Source of the DNA: Acidimicrobiaceae bacterium | GTDB taxonomy: Bacteria > Actinomycetota > Acidimicrobiia > Acidimicrobiales > Bog-793 | Assembly: GCA_025463965.1 (NCBI GenBank) | Contig: JAODBN010000361.1 | Coordinates: 1-45,239, forward strand | DNA: 45,239 bases | Direction: 5' to 3' | Shown here: positions 44,447 through 45,239 of the stretch, one piece after another | Layout: each line of letters opens with the position of its first letter | How positions within the stretch are numbered: the first letter of the stretch is position 1 | The notes under the pieces: model-generated | Told to the model about the DNA's origin: nothing | Seen by the model: the letters and a program-made list of their open reading frames with translations, nothing else | Database searches by the model: none | Program-made: the position numbers and the translations under genes

Positions 44447-45239
44447 CTAGGTCGGTGTTGTCACCGAAGGGCTCGTCGTCGTCGTGGGCGGCGTCGTCGT
44501 GGTGGTGGGAGCAGTCGTCGTGGTCGTCGGCGCGGTCGTCGTCGTAGTACTTGTGCTCGTCGTCGTCGTGCTGGGTCTCGTGGTAGTCGTGCTGGGGCGA
44601 GTGGTCGTCGTGTCGGGCGCGGTGCTGGTGGTGCTGGGGCGAGTGGTTGTCGTGTCAGGTGTGGTTGTCGTGGTTGTGCTGGGCCCGGTCGTGTCGCCAG
44701 TGGTGTCAGTGGTGGGCGGCGTAGGTCGAGTCGTGGTCGTGGTCGACCCGGGTGGAGAAAGAGCGGTTGCAAAAACGGTAGTTGGAGCGGTGATCGTTGG
44801 AGAAGGAGGCTTAGATGCGAGAGTAGTGGTCGGCGCGCTCACCGTCTTGTGGACAGGACGTTTGTTGTGGGTTGTAGCGACGACAGTCTTCTTGCCGGAC
44901 GTCGTTACGACGACCGCTTTAGTCGGAGGTCTCGTCGTCGTCGTGGTATTGCGCCTACTCGCCTTGGCGGGAGCCTTCTTCACCGACTTCTTCGTAACGG
45001 TCGAGCTCGTTCGGGCTCTGGTGACAGGTCTCCTGGTGCGCACGGGAGTCTTCCGTCTTGTATTGACTTTCTGCCTTGTCGGGACGCGGGCAGCTGTCTT
45101 GGTCCGAACACTCGTCTTGACCCGAATCGTGGACGTCGTGGGCGGTGTCGTTGAGCTCGTAGTCGTTTGAAATGTGGCAGCTTTGCCGGCGGTAGTGGGG
45201 GTCGTGGGGCTAGGCGCAGTAGGAGCTTTGCCTGAGAAC
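44447..45239 (-). CDS. Thr/Pro/Lys-rich low-complexity protein, C-terminal part (5' end beyond the window edge)
   Basis: By my manual translation, the minus-strand frame stays open from the window edge down to TAG at 44449-44447; the track only begins at an internal GTG (45043). A basic Lys/Arg/Thr-rich segment is followed by PDTTTTRPSTT-type repeats. The strand choice is by plausibility only, since both + frames give poly-Val or poly-Arg. Confidence 0.45.
   Translation of the reverse strand, partial: FSGKAPTAPSPTTPTTAGKAATFQTTTSSTTPPTTSTIRVKTSVRTKTAARVPTRQKVNTRRKTPVRTRRPVTRARTSSTVTKKSVKKAPAKASRRNTTTTTRPPTKAVVVTTSGKKTVVATTHNKRPVHKTVSAPTTTLASKPPSPTITAPTTVFATALSPPGSTTTTTRPTPPTTDTTGDTTGPSTTTTTTPDTTTTRPSTTSTAPDTTTTRPSTTTTRPSTTTTSTSTTTTTAPTTTTTAPTTTTTPPTTTTSPSVTTPT
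44568..44700. repeat. Imperfect tandem repeats (units of about 21-45 bp beginning GTGCTGGG) inside a GTC/GTG-rich microsatellite-like tract
   Basis: GTGCTGGG recurs at 44568, 44589, 44631 and 44676. GTGCTGGGGCGAGTGGT(C/T)GTCGTGTC is repeated 42 bp apart. The surrounding tract (about 44470-45000) is dominated by (GTC/GTG)n. Confidence 0.8.

Noticed and set aside
44396-45170. + strand ORFs 44396..45154 (poly-Arg/Gly) and 44484..45170 (poly-Val/Gly) over the repeat tract; also considered whether the repeats are a CRISPR array
   Set aside because: The products are implausible homopolymer-like sequences. The repeats are short, imperfect and contiguous with no unique spacers, so this is not CRISPR. 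The minus-strand Thr/Pro frame is preferred, with low confidence.

Overview
GC-rich (by eye roughly two-thirds G+C) bacterial chromosomal segment with Actinomycetota-like organisation: long chains of ATGA/GTGA start-stop overlaps, a Tat-type signal peptide and an LLM-type oxidoreductase. I support about 39 protein genes. I saw no rRNA, tRNA, CRISPR array or intact IS element. Gene order: a hydantoinase A/B pair; two fused TMD-NBD ABC exporter genes; a small accessory-looking patch (orphan PIN protein, SAM methyltransferase, about 0.5 kb of apparent gene relics); a three-gene split UxaA/SuyAB-like dehydratase operon; a truncated RibD_C/DHFR-like remnant; and a Rox-like flavin monooxygenase followed by a diverged duplicate of its own 3' tail. 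Next comes a block of about 21.7 kb and 20 genes (14.0-35.7 kb). It contains a Dpp/Opp-type importer, a degenerate alpha/beta-hydrolase-like protein, TPP E1 alpha/beta, SDR, MBL, amidohydrolase, class II aldolase, HAD, DhaL/DhaK, a signal-less family-5 SBP homologue, an EthD protein, two convergent N,N-dimethylformamidase-beta-like paralogues and a LacI regulator. After that come an LLM oxidoreductase, glcB-glcDEF plus an IclR regulator, and a Thr/Pro-rich low-complexity ORF that runs off the 3' edge. The best lead is this block. An exact LacI-type palindrome (CAAGCGCTTG) sits at three promoter-like positions in it. The distal module (cytoplasmic SBP-like, EthD, two DMFase-like proteins) matches no pathway I know. 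All family calls come from motif recognition by eye. No database search was run, and start codons were refined by hand from RBS and overlap logic.
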